A DNA stretch of 60,920 bases, the filler included, from Basidioascus undulatus (lineage: Eukaryota), in NCBI GenBank assembly GCA_000826855.1. It is 7 parts of 7 records of this genome, joined end to end, with 100 filler letters (N's around TTAATTAATTAA, not from the genome) between each part and the next. Parts side by side here need not be neighbours in the genome. Positions count along the whole stretch, not along the records: positions 34,902 to 43,517 come from JTLS01001365.1; positions 43,618 to 52,224 come from JTLS01001366.1; 5 more parts are not named here. One strand, written 5' to 3'. How positions within the stretch are numbered: position 1 is the first letter of the stretch; each line of letters starts with the position of its first letter. Shown piece after piece: positions 36,854 through 50,307 of the stretch. Under the pieces are notes generated by a model. It was not told the origin of the DNA. It did no database searches and was given only the letters and a program-made list of their open reading frames with translations. The position numbers and the translations under genes are program-made.

Positions 36854-39800
36854 TCACGTCCGCCTGAAGCGAAGAGCAAGGTAGAACCTGCGGACGCGGT
36901 AGGTCAGAGATTATGCAACTATATGAAGCATTACGGCACAAGACTCGCAGAATACGGTAGATGATCACGATGCAGACCAGGATGGCGGCCCACTTGCCGT
37001 AGCTGCGGTTTCCGATCTCAAGGTACTGTGGAAAAGTTGGCATTAGCTTATCAAGAAACGTACTGACGCTCTTGTGAGGCGCGATGATGAACAAATACGC
37101 ACATCCAGCACGTCCTCGCCGCTGACGGTGCACATCTCAGGCGTCGAGCTCGGATATGCGCACACGCAGGGCCCGCTCGGCCCCGTAGGGCGCTCACAGG
37201 TGAAGTCAAGACCGCGAAGATCAGAGTTGACCAGAAGCTCGAATCTGTTGGTGGACATTCGATGCGTACCAGCAAGTCAGAATTAAGACAGTGAAAAATG
37301 CGGTACTGCGGGCTACAGGGACGAAGGGGACGCACGCGTAACGCTGGAAGTCCATCTGGTTTGCACATGCGGATGTCAGAAAGCAATTTAAACGGTACGG
37401 GAGCTCAATTCATAAACTTACTTGGTGGAAGGAGTACCGCCAGAAGTCGGGCAAGCTGCGTGCACGGATGAAGTACCCTTGGACGCACATCCAAAAGCCG
37501 TTCTACCATAAAGTCGGTTGGTTCAGGTGCTTTTCTGCCAGGAAAGTTCGGTGGACTCTTACCAGGAAGGCCGCAATAGCAAGGGCCGCGATGAAGATCG
37601 GGAGGATAGCAGCCTGAGACAGGAAAGGAGAAGGATAAGTTTCGGATGGCAGTGGAGCAGCAGAAACCAAAGACGCACAACCAGGACGACCTGACTTTCA
37701 GCAGCTGTGTAGTGTTCGAATTGAAGCAACCCCAATGATCAGAACGCCCTTGTCAAGGATCGCACGTGGTGAGGGCGGTGAGGCTGGCTGTGAACTCACC
37801 GAACAGTGACAAGAACAGGAACGCAAGGAACCGGAAGAAGTGTGTCGGGCCGCTGTGAAGTCCTATAGCCCAGTAGCAGATGACGGTGAATAGTACGGTG
37901 CAGGCGAAGATGAACGGCAGCGTGACGACGGTGTCCGCCAAAGCAAAGGCACCCGGCCCGCCTGCGTGTTCCAGTGTGTCAGAACAGCTTGAACCACTTC
38001 GATCAGTGTAACAGAGGTTTAAACTAACAAAGACCGTTGTTCCGCTCCCGGATGAAAGTGCTGCGTAGCTCGAGGAAGGCTGGGATGCTGGTGGGAGGGA
38101 GGTCTTCGTTTAGGGCGCGGCGCTCCGAACTTTAGTGATGGTGAAATGTACCCAGCGACACTCATAAAAGAAAGAAAGGCACACGCAAAGAAAGCGGCAG
38201 AAAGACGGTCGTTAATCTTGGAGTCTGCATTGCCGATGCGGACCCTGTATGAGAGCATACAGCGTGAAGGTCAGGAGCGTCGCCGGTTGCGTGGCCGAGT
38301 CAGCTGCTTACCAGATAGTAGCGAGAAGCAGACCAAGTCCCGCATACATAGCAGCTCGTATGCCTGTAAAGATTAGCTTGGGTGTTCAGACAGTCTGCTA
38401 CTGGCAGTGGGAGGGACACGGCATACCGAATGCGAGAATGTTGCGCCTATAGTTGACCAACATGCGAGCGCATAGGATGTACTAACAGGTCCAACAGTTA
38501 AGCCTCCATAATTTTAGGGGATCTTGGGCCGAGGGACTCGCCACTTTCTGGAAGAACGTCGAGACAGTCGCAGCGCCTGACTTGCGAGCTACGTCTGTGC
38601 CCTGGAGGGACGCGATGGCGATGGTGTCCCTGAGTGCCCCCGCTCCTCCAGGAACCGTGGTGCTCTTGTAGAATTGGCTTAGTCCAGCGACGTTGGGCAT
38701 AGTAGATGGCTTTGACGTCTCGGAATCTTCGCGGACGAGAAGGAAGTCCTCGTTCGTGAGGTTGAGCGCGTGGTCGGCACTGTCCGACATTTCGCAGCGC
38801 AATGTCAGCGCCTGGAAGAACGCTGGATGATTGAAAAGTCTGAATGCGTACGGGTTTACGTAGGTGGGTACTGGCTGTCCGAACGCAGCGAAGTATTCGG
38901 CGAGAGCGGGGACTGGACCGTTGAACAGCGGTGCACCCTTGGCGAGGACGAGGAGCGACGAGAAGAGAGACAGCGTGTCGTACGTCGGTTGGTGGACAGT
39001 GGCCTTCCAAAAACACCAGTTACTTTTTTTCTCGCACTCGTAGACGCAAAACATTACAACTCACAATGACAGCAATCCCTTGGTCGCGGGCGATCGTCTG
39101 GATCGCCGTCATGACCTCGTAGCACGCGGTGGCGTCCAGTCCGGAAAGGGGCTCGTCGAGGAACATGATCGGGGGCCTAGAGTAGAAGTATTTGAGTACC
39201 AGTGCCGACTCCGTAGAAGGAAACGAAGACTTACATGGTGACCAAGCTTTGCCCGACAGTGACGCGGCGTCGTTGCCCACCGCTGATGCCCCTCTGAAGT
39301 GGCGTGCCGATCATCGAGTCGGCTACGCTAGTGAGACCGAGCTTGCCGAGAATGTAGTCGGTCCTCTCCTTGATGGTCGAAAGGGGCTCATTCGGCAGGC
39401 TTCGCCATGGAGTACATCAGTACAGCTGGCACAGACTGAGCTCTTTCACGCCCGGTTACCTCAAACGAGCGGAGTACTGGATGCTTTCCCGCACAGTCTG
39501 CGAGACAGTTCGGGATGGTGTCAGAAGATCCTATTTCATGGCGATATGTGAAAGAAGCGTATGGGCCCACAAGGACACCGAGGAGGACATCGTCCTGCTC
39601 GCAATAGGAGGCCAGGCTGCGCATATCGCTGGCGCTGATCGCGCGACCGTCGAACTTTACCGTGCCCTCGACGATACCGCCAGTCTTTCGGCGGGAGATG
39701 ACATCCAGGAATGTGCTCTTGCCCGCTCCGGACGGTCCAATAACTGGGAGCGGATGTCAGGAAGAATGTACATCATGAACTACTCTGAAGTGCGCACCAG

Positions 39801-39972
39801 CGAGCATTTCCCCTGCGCGGACGCAGCCGCTGACGCCTCCGAGAAAGCGTCGAGGTTCCTCACCCCTCTTGATCTGGAGGCTGTACCCGAGGTTCTCAAA
39901 GGTGAGGGCCGACGAGAGCGACCGCGGGTTGGGCGAACGCGACGGCGTGTTGTGCGCTTCGAGATCTTGCAT
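36854..39972 (-). CDS. ABCG (White/ABCG2-like) half-size ABC transporter
   Basis: Many exons splice in frame: Walker A GPSGAGKST, YCEQDD, signature RGISGGQRRRV, MFLDEPLSGLD, TVHQP, NP/ADH, and ABC2 membrane domain FIRERNNG, AESQVVL, NGFWMCVQGYFI...LPDFW, MDFQRYA. The last intron (36888-36948) is GC-AG. Confidence 0.92.
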
Positions 39973-40944
39973 GGCGACGAAGTCGGAGGTGGAAGTGCGG
40001 AGGAAGGTGCCACAGAGGGAAGAGCGAGTGGGTTGCATGGAAAGATGGGATGCAGAGCGATCACATTTCTTTGTCTTCAGCTCTTACAAGTACGAGCGAG
40101 GCTGGCTAACTCCTGAGAAAGTCGCCGGTCTGTCAGAGTCGCATTCCGAATTGAGGTCTTGGTGGCGAACACGTTCGGCGCTGCAAGCGTCGGCGCGAAC
40201 CGCCCGAGATGGGCACCATTATCGAAAGCCGGTCGGGTGCTGCCTCCGAAGTGTACAGACTGGCCCGCCCGTAGCCGCTGAGGGGGTGCATGAGCTCGCA
40301 GACCAACCGTGACAGTCTATAGCCGGACGGTCGCAGTGCAAGGAGACCTTCGCTATTGATTCGGAATCCGGAAGGCTCGGAAATATGCAGCAGGTAAGAG
40401 CGAATTCTGTCCGGTTGCTCTCAAATAAACTCTAAATCATCCCAGTTCAGTACATGTTCAAACAGGCTGCAAGAGAACCAGTTGCAAGGTAACGAGCACG
40501 GCGACAGCGAGCTGAGTGCAGTGTTGCTCGTCACTATAATTCAGCGACACCGGAAGCGGTAGTTCAGAGCTTTATAAAATGCACATTGGGTGTCTTTCTT
40601 CACTCGGCGCAGGAGCCGATGACAAGCGTGCAGCGCGAAAAAGCCGTTCGACTGTGCTGCAGACATGGGTCGTTGAGTCTTTCATTTCCGGCCCTTCCGC
40701 ACAGAATGTTGTCTGGAAGCTGTGTCGGCCTTGAAAATGATGCTTTACCATTCTCACTGGAGATTATTTGGGCGCGTCCTGTGTGTGGACCAAGCCTTAC
40801 CAGCAACTGCCAGTGTCTTCGCAAGAAAGGATCAAGGATCACGTGCAAAATCGAGCGTGACCTCTCGATCGCGTCATCGTTATCGCTTCTCTTTCTACTG
40901 CCATCATCTCGCACCTGATACATTGCTCACACACTCCATAATAC

Positions 40945-41853
40945 ATGAATCCGGTCGGTCAATTTGAGCGCCTTCCGACGGAGGTGGGCACCATCCCGAA
41001 GCCTTGCTGCCAGACCTCCTAGCCGACCGCCCTTACCCTTCACGTGTAGCTGCTCTACGAGATCCATCTGCTCTCACTGAATCCTCACCTCCCGCACGTC
41101 TCCCTCACGCTCTATAACGTCTTTTCCCGTGCACCAAGCTCGATCAAGGCGGCCTACCTCCTGAGCTGCACGGCGGACGACCACTGGGACCGCGTCCTCG
41201 CCCGCGCTGCTTGCTTCCCCATCTGCTCGGTTGAAGTCGTCCAGGCGATCGGGCGGGTTTGGAGGCGGCATTCGGACAGGAAGGGCAGCTCTGAGGGAGA
41301 AGGGGATGGACGGGAAAGGCGAGAGGAGCCGACGGGGACGACGCACCGCCAACTGCCCTGCACCGAGCTGCCACTCCGCCCATTCTTGGCGCTCGCCGCA
41401 CCCTCACCCGATCCGCCATGCACACGCCTTCACCCAGCCTCTTCCCAAAAGTCCTCCCTAGCGCTCGTATCCCACCTCCTCACTCACCACGCTGCCCCTC
41501 CGAACTCGCACTTCGGCGGGCCCCTGATATGGTCCGTCAAAGCGCGCCACACGCCCACCATCGACCTCCTCCTCTCGCACGGGGCCGACCCGTCGTACAA
41601 GAACGGCCTGGCGGTGATCATCGCCATCCAGGCGCGGGACTTGGAGCTCGTGCGGAAGCTGGTCGCGCGCACGGGCTGGAGGGGCGGCGGCGCGGCGGGC
41701 AAGCGGAGGCGGGTCGACGGAAGCTGGAGCGCGGGAGGGAGGGTCAGGGTCACGATTGCTATGGTGCAGACCGCGATGCGGGTCGGCGCGGGAGAGATTG
41801 TGGATTTCTTGCAGGTTGAAAGGGGGTACGTGTTGGATCGGAATGATGGATGA
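40945..41853 (+). CDS. Conserved basidiomycete-type protein with F-box-like N-terminus and ankyrin-like repeats
   Basis: Exons 40945-40983 and 41050-41853 are in frame: FERLPTE/LLYEIHLLSLNPHLP, PLIWSVKARHTPTIDLLLSHGADPSYKNGLAVIIAI, KRRR...RVRVT. Confidence 0.7.
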
Positions 41854-43517
41854 TGTGATGGCTCCGAGGAGGTGTCTCCACGTGCTACGCGTAAGTGTAT
41901 TGTGTTACCAGCTCATGTTACCAGCTCATCGTATGCGCAGGTCCTCGGGTTTGAACAGCGTGCCTGGCTCGCCGCAGTCGTCGTCCAGAGCAGCAACTCA
42001 AGTGACTTTCTTGATAACGATGAACATAGTTGTGGAGAGACGGTCCCTGAGAGGTTTTATTAGCAACAAGTGCGCTGAAAGAGACGAAACTCCGACATAG
42101 GAGAGGAAATTAAAGCCCCCGACTGAGCGCCTGGGTTACATTCACCACCGCTTCAAAAACAGACTGCGCAGACTCGCAGAGCTACATGCAACCTAAACAT
42201 TTTTCTGGGAAAAGATATTTACATAAGGAATGCATTGACCCCTGTTGGATGAAGGCAATGGCGATGAAACGAGGAAAGCCGCAGTGCCCACGTGAGCGCA
42301 TTTTGTAATCCCCAATTGCAACGCCGACGCGTCTTCTTCAACGACTTGTAATCAAGGCAAATCACACAGAGTTCAAAGTTCAAAGCGTCAACGTAGCGCT
42401 CCCCCTTCTTATGCGTGTCTCGCTGTTCATGAAGAATGGGATAGGGTGCGATAAAGTCGACCTGAGGCTTTCTCCGGTGTGCGTGTCAGTCCTGTCGTCC
42501 GCACGGCTTATAAGAGCGCCCTGCTGCTGTCAACGCTCATTCTCACTTCCCTCTAATTCTCCACCAACTCACGTTGCCTCCAAATGTCCCTCGCTGCCCT
42601 CGCACTCTTCGGTATCCGCCCCCTTCGCGGGCATAATCATCGGCTCCCGTTCGCACCTCTGCGCTTATCACGCCAGCGTCCCCGACGCCCCAGAGCAGGA
42701 GGCCAAGTGGGTGCGCCGTCTGAGCCGGGACGGGCCATAATTCAAGACCTATGCTGCTCGGCTCACGATCGCTGTCCTTGGGATCGTTCTGCTCGGAGCG
42801 GTGTTTGGCTTCCAGACCCTGGAGACGCTCGAGTTTGGGTCGGTATGCTTCATCGTCAACGCTATGGTTGGTCACTTTCTCTGATAATAAATAAGTTGGC
42901 TTTGTTTCAGTGGCTTACGAGACAACTGTCCCCCTTATACAGGTCACCCCGCTCCCCTCCATCGTCGTCCAGCTCTCGCTGTCCATCGACAACGCCCCTG
43001 ACACCCTTGCTTCCATTCGTCGCCCTCACCCTCTACCTTGAGGTGACCTACTAGGGCAATCGCCTACTTAGGGGCCTGAGCGTCATAACTCTGGTCGCAA
43101 ACTCGCCGTTCGTCTTCCTGGTGTGCGGGAGCAGATGGATGCTTCCCTTGACTCGGGCCGCTCACCGCAATGCTGAGTGTCATACCGGTAAGGCTCTGAT
43201 TCTGTTCTCGGAGACCCTTGAAAACTTAGGATTAATAACTCATGCCCATAAAAGAGTCTCTACCTGCTTTTCGACGCAGTCGTCTTCGGCTTCAAACCCG
43301 CGCAGCCGGGCACTCTGGAGTTCGCAATCGACACCGCTAATCTTTGAGCCACTCGGCTCCGCCATTCGAATTTATACGCTGAATACCCTCCTTCCTTCGA
43401 TGAGCGTTCAATTCTTCACCGCGCTCGCCTGCCTTGCCCATCGCGTCGACCACTCGCTTTCCCTCCAGCACGACCGCCGACAGCGACCCGTCTATCTTCC
43501 CATCGCTGTCCTCGTCG

Positions 43518-43617
43518 NNNNNNNNNNNNNNNNNNNNNNNNNNNNNNNNNNNNNNNNNNNNTTAATTAATTAANNNNNNNNNNNNNNNNNNNNNNNNNNN
43601 NNNNNNNNNNNNNNNNN
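43518..43617. other. Artificial contig linker
   Basis: N44-TTAATTAATTAA-N44. Confidence 0.99.
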
Positions 43618-46447
43618 TTGGTGGTTGGGTTTTTGAGAAGGAGCTATGGTATTGTTGGTTGTGGCGAGGGAGGAGGCGATCTACTTGTATGGGCCTGATG
43701 GGCGGGGGGCGTGCTACGCTTACGAGGGTGGGTTTCCCATCCTCCCTTTCCATTCCTCCACACTCACGCATCCACTATGCCAGGCCCAAAATCATCCATC
43801 GCCACCCACTCCTCCCACCTCATCATCGTCTCCCCGCCCTTTGCGCCCTCCTCCGCGTCCGTGTCCGCGACCGTGCGGAACTACGTCGCGCGCCAGGCCC
43901 CTCCCACCACCGCAGAAGGTGGAGGAGACATCAGCAAAGTCACGCTGTTCGACCTCGACAACAAGTTCGTCGCGTACTCGGGGACGTTTGCGCAGGGCGT
44001 GCGGGAGGTTTTCTGCGAGTGGGGGCGCGTGTGGATCCTGTGCACGGACGGGAAGGTGTCTCCCCCCTCTACCCCTCTCCCTCTCCTCCTCCTTCCATCC
44101 CACTGACTCAACTCTCACTCCGATCCGCAGCTCTACAAGCTCACCGAAAAGCCCCTCCCCGCAAAACTCGACATCCTCTTCCGCAAGGCGCTCTTCCTCC
44201 TCGCCGTCAACCTCGCGCGCTCGGCTGGCGTCTCCCCCGCGGGGATCGCAGACATCTACAGGCGGTACGGCGACCACCTGTACGCCAAGGGCGACTACGA
44301 CGCCGCGATGGCGCAGTTTGTGCGCACCGTCGGCCACACCGAGCCGAGCTTTGTCGTGCGCAAGTTTTTGGACGCACAGAGGATCCATAATTTGGTTACG
44401 TACCTTCAGGAGCTGCACAACCAGGGGTTGGCGAACTCGGACCATACGACGCTGCTGCTTAATTGCTATACGAAGTTGAAGGTGCGTCCCCTCCCTCCCA
44501 TACCCATTCTTCTCCTATTTTGCCGAAACGACCGACTGAATAAGATTGGGGATGGCAGGACGTCGCCCGCCTCGACTCGTTCATCAAAACCACGCACTCG
44601 CGCTCGCCCGACGACCTCCCCTTCGACCTCGAGACGGCGATCCGCGTCCTGCGCCAGGCGGGGTACGCTTCGCACGCGGTGTACCTCGCAGAGCGGTACG
44701 CACGGCACGAGGACTACCTGCGCATCCAGGTCGAGGACGCGCAGGACTGGGCGGACGCAGTGGGGTACCTCCGCCGCCTTGGCCCCGCCGAGGCCGAGGA
44801 GAACCTCGTCCGCTACGGGCGCACGATGCTCGATAATCTGCCCGAGGAAACGACAACGCTCCTCGTCGAGCTCTGCTCCGGGACGTTCGGCGCTAGCTCC
44901 CCACCCCGCTCCGCAGCCGCCTCCGCTTCCGCTTCCCGACCCGCTTCGCCTTCGAAGGCAGCGGCGGCAGGGTACAACCCGCTCTCGTACCTGGGCGGGC
45001 TGAGCCGGCGCGAGACGTCCGATTCTTTCCCCACCCCCGACGCCTCTGCTCCCGCCGCTGCTGCCGACGCTCCGCCCGCCCTGGCCGAGCCGGCATACGA
45101 CCCCCCCTCGCCGCGCATCTTCTTCGCGCACTTCCTCAGGCACCCCACGCAGTTCGTGCGCTTCCTCGAGGCCGTCGCCGCCGCGCGATGGGGCATCCGC
45201 GTCGCGGCCCCGCCCGCGTCAGCATCCCCATCCGATTCCTCCTCCTCGCCACCGCCGTTCACCGCCGAGCCGGGCCCCGAGCCCTCGGCAGACGAACGCG
45301 CAGTCTGCAACACGCTCCTCGAGCTGTACCTCACTTCCCCCTCCCACACCTCGCGCGACAAGGCGCTGCACCTCCTGCGCCAGCCGCACACGATCCCGTA
45401 CGACCCGACCCACGCGCTCGTTGTCTGCTCCACCGCGCGCTTCACGGACGGGCTCATCCTCCTCTGGGAGCATCTCGGGCTGTACGAGGACGTCGTCCGC
45501 TTCTGGATCGACTCTGCGAACGCCGCGCTCAAGGCGGACGAACCGTTCGAGCCCGCGTCGAGGAAGGTCCTCGAGGCCCTCGCGAAGTACGGCCCGCGCC
45601 ACCCCGGGCTGTACGCGCTCGTGCTCAGGTTCTTGTCGAGCGATGCGCGCGTGCTGGGCAAGCATGCGCAGGACTTGCAGGACGTGTTGAGGGAGGTGGA
45701 TGAGCGCGGGGTTATGCACCCGCTCCAGGTCGTCCAGGTTTTGAGTAGGAAGGGCGCAGCGGGCGTGGGCGTCGGGTTGGTGAGGGACTGGCTAAAGGGC
45801 AAGGTCGCGAAGGAGAGGGAGGCGTCGGACGCGGTGCGTTTTCTTTTCCCACTCCTCTCTGCCATCGTCTCACGCAACTGATGAAACTGGATGCGATGCG
45901 CCGCCCGCCCACACAGGACCGCCAGCTCCTCGAGTCCTACCGCGCCGAGACGGCTAAGAAGGAGAAGGAGATCGCGGAGCTCTCGGACCCGGACAACCCG
46001 CGCGTGTTCCAGAACACGCGCTGCGCAGCGACGGGCGAGCGCCTCGAGTTGCCCGCGATCCACTTTGCGTGCGGCCACTCGTTCAACGTTCGGTGCGTCA
46101 CCGTCCATCAATGTTCCTATTCGCGTCCTTGCTGATTTCTCGGTGCAGATCTCTGGCGGACAACGAGACGGAGTGCCCGATCTGCGCGAGGAGGTGCGTT
46201 CCGCTCGTCCCTCCCCTCTCCCCCTCTTCCGAACTCTCTTCTTTGAGTGCTCCCGCTGACGAGCCACGTACGCATGCAAAGCCACGGCGTCATTCGCGAG
46301 CTGCGGCGGAATCAGGAGCGCCTTGCGGACAGGCACGACCTCTTCCTCGCGGAGGTGCAGGACGGCGGCGGGTTCGCCGCCGTCGCGAGCGCGTTCGGGC
46401 GCGGCTTGCTGGGCGCGTCAACGGGGCGGGCGGAGGAGGGCGGCTGA
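43618..46447 (+). CDS. VPS11: Vacuolar protein sorting protein Vps11 (HOPS/CORVET core; 5'-truncated)
   Basis: AREEAIYLYGPDGRGACYAYE/G, YGDHLYAKGDYDAAMAQF, EPSFVVRKFLDAQRIHNLVTYLQELH, HTTLLLNCYTKLK, a C-terminal RING-like region and a VPS11_C tail (HDLFLAEV...FAAVASAFGRG). Confidence 0.95.
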
Positions 46448-46576
46448 GGATGGCGGCCCATGCATGCGATGTTGGACAGAGTGCGGCGGCGAGGCCTGTG
46501 CACGCAGGCTGCTCCGTGTAAGAATGGAGCCTTGTCTCACCAGCTGAGAGGCCTACACCAGGCAGCTTCAGCAAAC

Positions 46577-48180
46577 TTAGGCAATTATGTGCAGGGCGAG
46601 GAAGGGTGCGAGCCCCGGACTGAGGGAAAGAGCACGATGCAGTACCGCTCCTGTCGCGGGAACAACTTCGCAGTTTACGCTTCGGGTGTGTTTGCGAGCA
46701 TGCTGGACGCCAATTATAGTTCGCTGCATCACGGGTATGTTGGTCATACAGCTTGGACAGAGAAACGTTGGCACATCGTCTGCAAAGTCGCACTCAAGAT
46801 CTGTTGCCCCGCAACATTGAACAAGGTTTTCCTGCAAACTGCTCGGCATTTGAGTCGTGCGCTCAGAAGACTGTATCATGCTATACATCAAGTTCTTCGC
46901 TCTACTGGTTCTGCTCATCCTCATCCTAGGCCTACTGGTTTTGCTCGTCCTGAACGGGCGTCATCGCGCTCCTCGTTATACTCCAAGTCGGACTTCCGGT
47001 CCCCGTTCTTGTCGCGTACTGCTCTCCATCCGGCCATCCAAACGCGTCCTTCGATTAACCCCCAAGGCGGCGAACTCTACCTGATGCAAGACTTGCCCTC
47101 CGTGCGCGCGGAAAAGCGCCTCGCAGGGGCCGGTGATACAGCTCTGGCGCTCGACTGACGAAACATCTCGCGGAAAGTTGAACTTGATTTTGAGCGTGAG
47201 GTCTTCAAGCTCCTTCAGATTGCGACGTAGGAGCATGTGAAGCTTCTGTAAAGGAGGAAGGAGGTCAGCCATCAACATCAAAACGAATGCAAAATGGGAT
47301 AAACAAACGAACCGCAGGCGGACGTATTCCGAGTTCCAAGGAGCACAGTTGAAGGTGGTAGTGAATTAGGCGATCCAAGTCCTCGTAACCAAAGAATCGG
47401 TCCGAAAAGGAGAATTGTCTGAGTGCAGAGTCCTGAAGGTCGCCCAGAAGCAAGTCGACGATGTCCGGGGGATGGGATTCCCTCGCTGCGGGCATCCACA
47501 GACAAGGTTGAAGCTCACGGTCTTCGAGGGATCGAAGCAGAGGCGAATGGGACATATCATCAATGGCGATTATGTGGAAATTGGAGTACCGTCCCTCGAG
47601 TGAACGAAGGCAGTCGGTGCGGACGTCTGGAATGTTGCCGGCGACGGTGAGGTGTCGGATGTTCTTCGAGTTCATCAAAAGCCAGAGGCACTCGTATGAA
47701 CCAGGAAGGTGTCCCGCGAGACAGAGGCTCGACAGTAGGGGTAGACGACCGATCGAAAGTAACATTGACATCGAGATCCGGTCAGCGACGAGCGAAAAGC
47801 AGACGAGGTTCGGCATGTGTCGCAATAGCGCCGAAAGGAGCTCTTCGCCTTCTCCCCAATTGTACGAACCCTTCAGGTCCAAGGAAATTTTCTGCAAGTT
47901 TCACGAAGATGAGCTGAGGCATGCCATTGCCAGCCCAAGGTAGCAGGGCACACTCACTTTACGACGCCAGGCAGCCTGCCATCCTGGATCAGAGAAGCGG
48001 GTCCTCAGAGTCGGGACACACCCTGAGTTAAAAGAAAAGCTGGAAGAAAAGTAGATCCCGCATGCGGGTCGAGGTGCTCGACAACGCGAAGAGGTCGCCG
48101 CGGTCCAGATTCGCCGCGACCTTCAAGATGATCTCTGCCGGCAGAAGGTCGAACAAGGCGGTAATTGGGCTGCAGATCAT
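46577..48180 (-). pseudogene. F-box + LRR/RNI-like protein, probably disrupted
   Basis: LFDLLPAEIILKVAANLDRGDLFALSSTSTRMR (F-box), a stop at 48028, then LLSALLRHMPNLVCFSL and other LRR-like segments in separate ORFs without convincing introns. Confidence 0.55.
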
Positions 48181-50307
48181 GATCAAAGGAAATATAATAA
48201 AAAGTAATGGGTGGGAGGATGTGGCGTATACGAGCGCGAGGTGGGGAAAGTGCACGGTGGTGATGAAGGTACGAGGCAGGAACGGGGCAGAAGCACGCCT
48301 GCAACGGTTGTCGATTTCCGTACACGCCTGCCTGCCGCGTGCGCTCTCCGTAGGTCTGACGTTCCCAAAATTTTCTAATCATATCTCTTTCAGGCTTGGA
48401 TTTTTTCTTCAGAACACTAGCATGAGATGCGTCTTGGTAAGAGTCGGCCCGGAAGATTGGATAAACGCGTCACAGGCGCATTCTTGAATCCAGTAATTGC
48501 TGTACGCGAGACAGGACACTTTCTCATCAATTTTCTTGCGCGTGGGAGGGGGTACCTCCTGGGAAGGGGTACCTCCCTACGCGAGCGGAGCGGCGGGGCT
48601 TCGACTCTCGAGGGTAGGCCACAACATGTCCTGTCACGCCCGGCAAGACTTGGCTTGCCAGTGTCTCCACCGTGCTCAACACGAGGGTGTTTGTAACGAA
48701 AGAAAAGCTTAGTTTGATTCCTTCTGCCCTTGAGAACATTTAGGCTGACCGGTGTTGAAGAGGATCTGGAGCATTACTGTAGACCTTGCCCATTGGGTAA
48801 CTCACACATAATTCACCGTCCAATGCACCCTCCTGTGCAGGGCTGTAACGCCCAAGCGGGGGAGGGAAGGAAGAGATGCGGAGAATTGATATAAATATAG
48901 ATGGCGGACTCACAAATTTCCTCCGGCTGACCGATTGGTAGAGGCGTAAGTTATGGGTCGCAAGCCATTTCCCGAATGGCAGAAAGTGGGGGCCCGCCTG
49001 GCCGGTATGCACACTTTGGTTGGTGATTCTGGGTGACAACATCCCATATCTACCCTTAAAGATCGGATGAAAAGGTGGGGGTTGAATGATGACCACTAAT
49101 GCTGTGAAGAGACCGTCCAAAGGTCTGAAACGGAACGCACCGATGTCGAGCAAGCTGTCGACGGCCAGGGGTTCCCGCTTCTCAGACCTCCTGCCGAGAC
49201 TACTCCCAAAGTGCTCAATGGAGATCTCCATTTAATGTAATGTACCGCTTAGCCGAGGAACCAAGACCCAGCCGAAAAGCACACTTTTGAAGCTGATGAT
49301 CGGGGTGCACTTGGAAAGCCAGCGCGCTCGGTTGTCTTCGTGCACCCACTACTTTCTCGTTTAAATGAGTAGACGTGCTGGGGACCATGTTCTAGACATA
49401 CTGTAGAGTCCGAATACTCTTTCCGAATACTCTTTCATATAGGGGACGCTGGTGGCAGATAGACTGTAAGACTGCGACTGGCAGCTGGTCACTGTAAGTG
49501 AACGTTCAATCCATCATCCCTTATAACACCTCTATATGTTAAAGAGGATCTATGGTGGTCGTACGGCTGTGTAAGTTGTTGAATCTGCCTGTTAGTGAAT
49601 GAGGAGAGCTGTTATATGGTCGCGTTACCGGAAATCATGCGCTTTTGCCCACTGGCAAGGCCGCGGCCAAGCACCCAGGTGGGCGCTTACAGCTAGCCGC
49701 GTGGCGCCGATCTGGTCTCGAAACTGGCTGCGACTGCCAAGCAATATATATTATTGGATCACTTGACATTGTATCTCCCTGTACTGTGTATGCTCAGGAT
49801 GAGTGTCGGCATTGTCATCCCAGTGGTCGCCCGTAGCATCGCGTGTCCGTCTCATGCCCACAGCAATATGCTGCCTGTGATTCGCGGTAAAACTACCATG
49901 CCGGACAATGGAAGCCCTCAATGATATGCCCGGCTGCGGAAAGCCGCGAGGTCTCTCGATGCTAGTGTGCCTCGTCGCCCATGCGCTCACTTCTCAGAAC
50001 CAGAGAGACGAACTCGCAAGGCCATCTTGGTCTCCCGTGACCGCATGGTACCATAAGACCTCGTGAGCAAGGCTACTTTGTCGGTATCATATCGCCCAGT
50101 ATATCCAAAGAGCGAAACGAGAGCCCGATGCACGAGATCAACACGCGATACACGCGCTCTACGCTGCTGTAGCCTCAAACCATCGGAAGGAACGTGCGCT
50201 TGTGCCTTGAGTGTTCGGGGACCATTGGGACAGTATCAAAGACGGCCCTCAGCAGCACCGTCTCATCAAAACATACGTTCCATCCTTCTCCTCTAGACTA
50301 GACAAAG

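Noticed and set aside
39370..40116. 248-aa plus-strand ORF
   Set aside because: Antisense shadow of the ABCG transporter 5' exons.
42584..43160. Hydrophobic fragments faintly resembling the ER chaperone Shr3
   Set aside because: Similarity is too weak and frames too broken to support a call.
44813..46336. 507-aa ORF on the minus strand
   Set aside because: Antisense shadow of the GC3-rich VPS11 coding sequence.
49410..49436. 13-bp tandem duplication CCGAATACTCTTT (another 13-bp one near 41902-41928)
   Set aside because: Isolated short duplications are consistent with replication slippage or old footprints; nothing further supports function.
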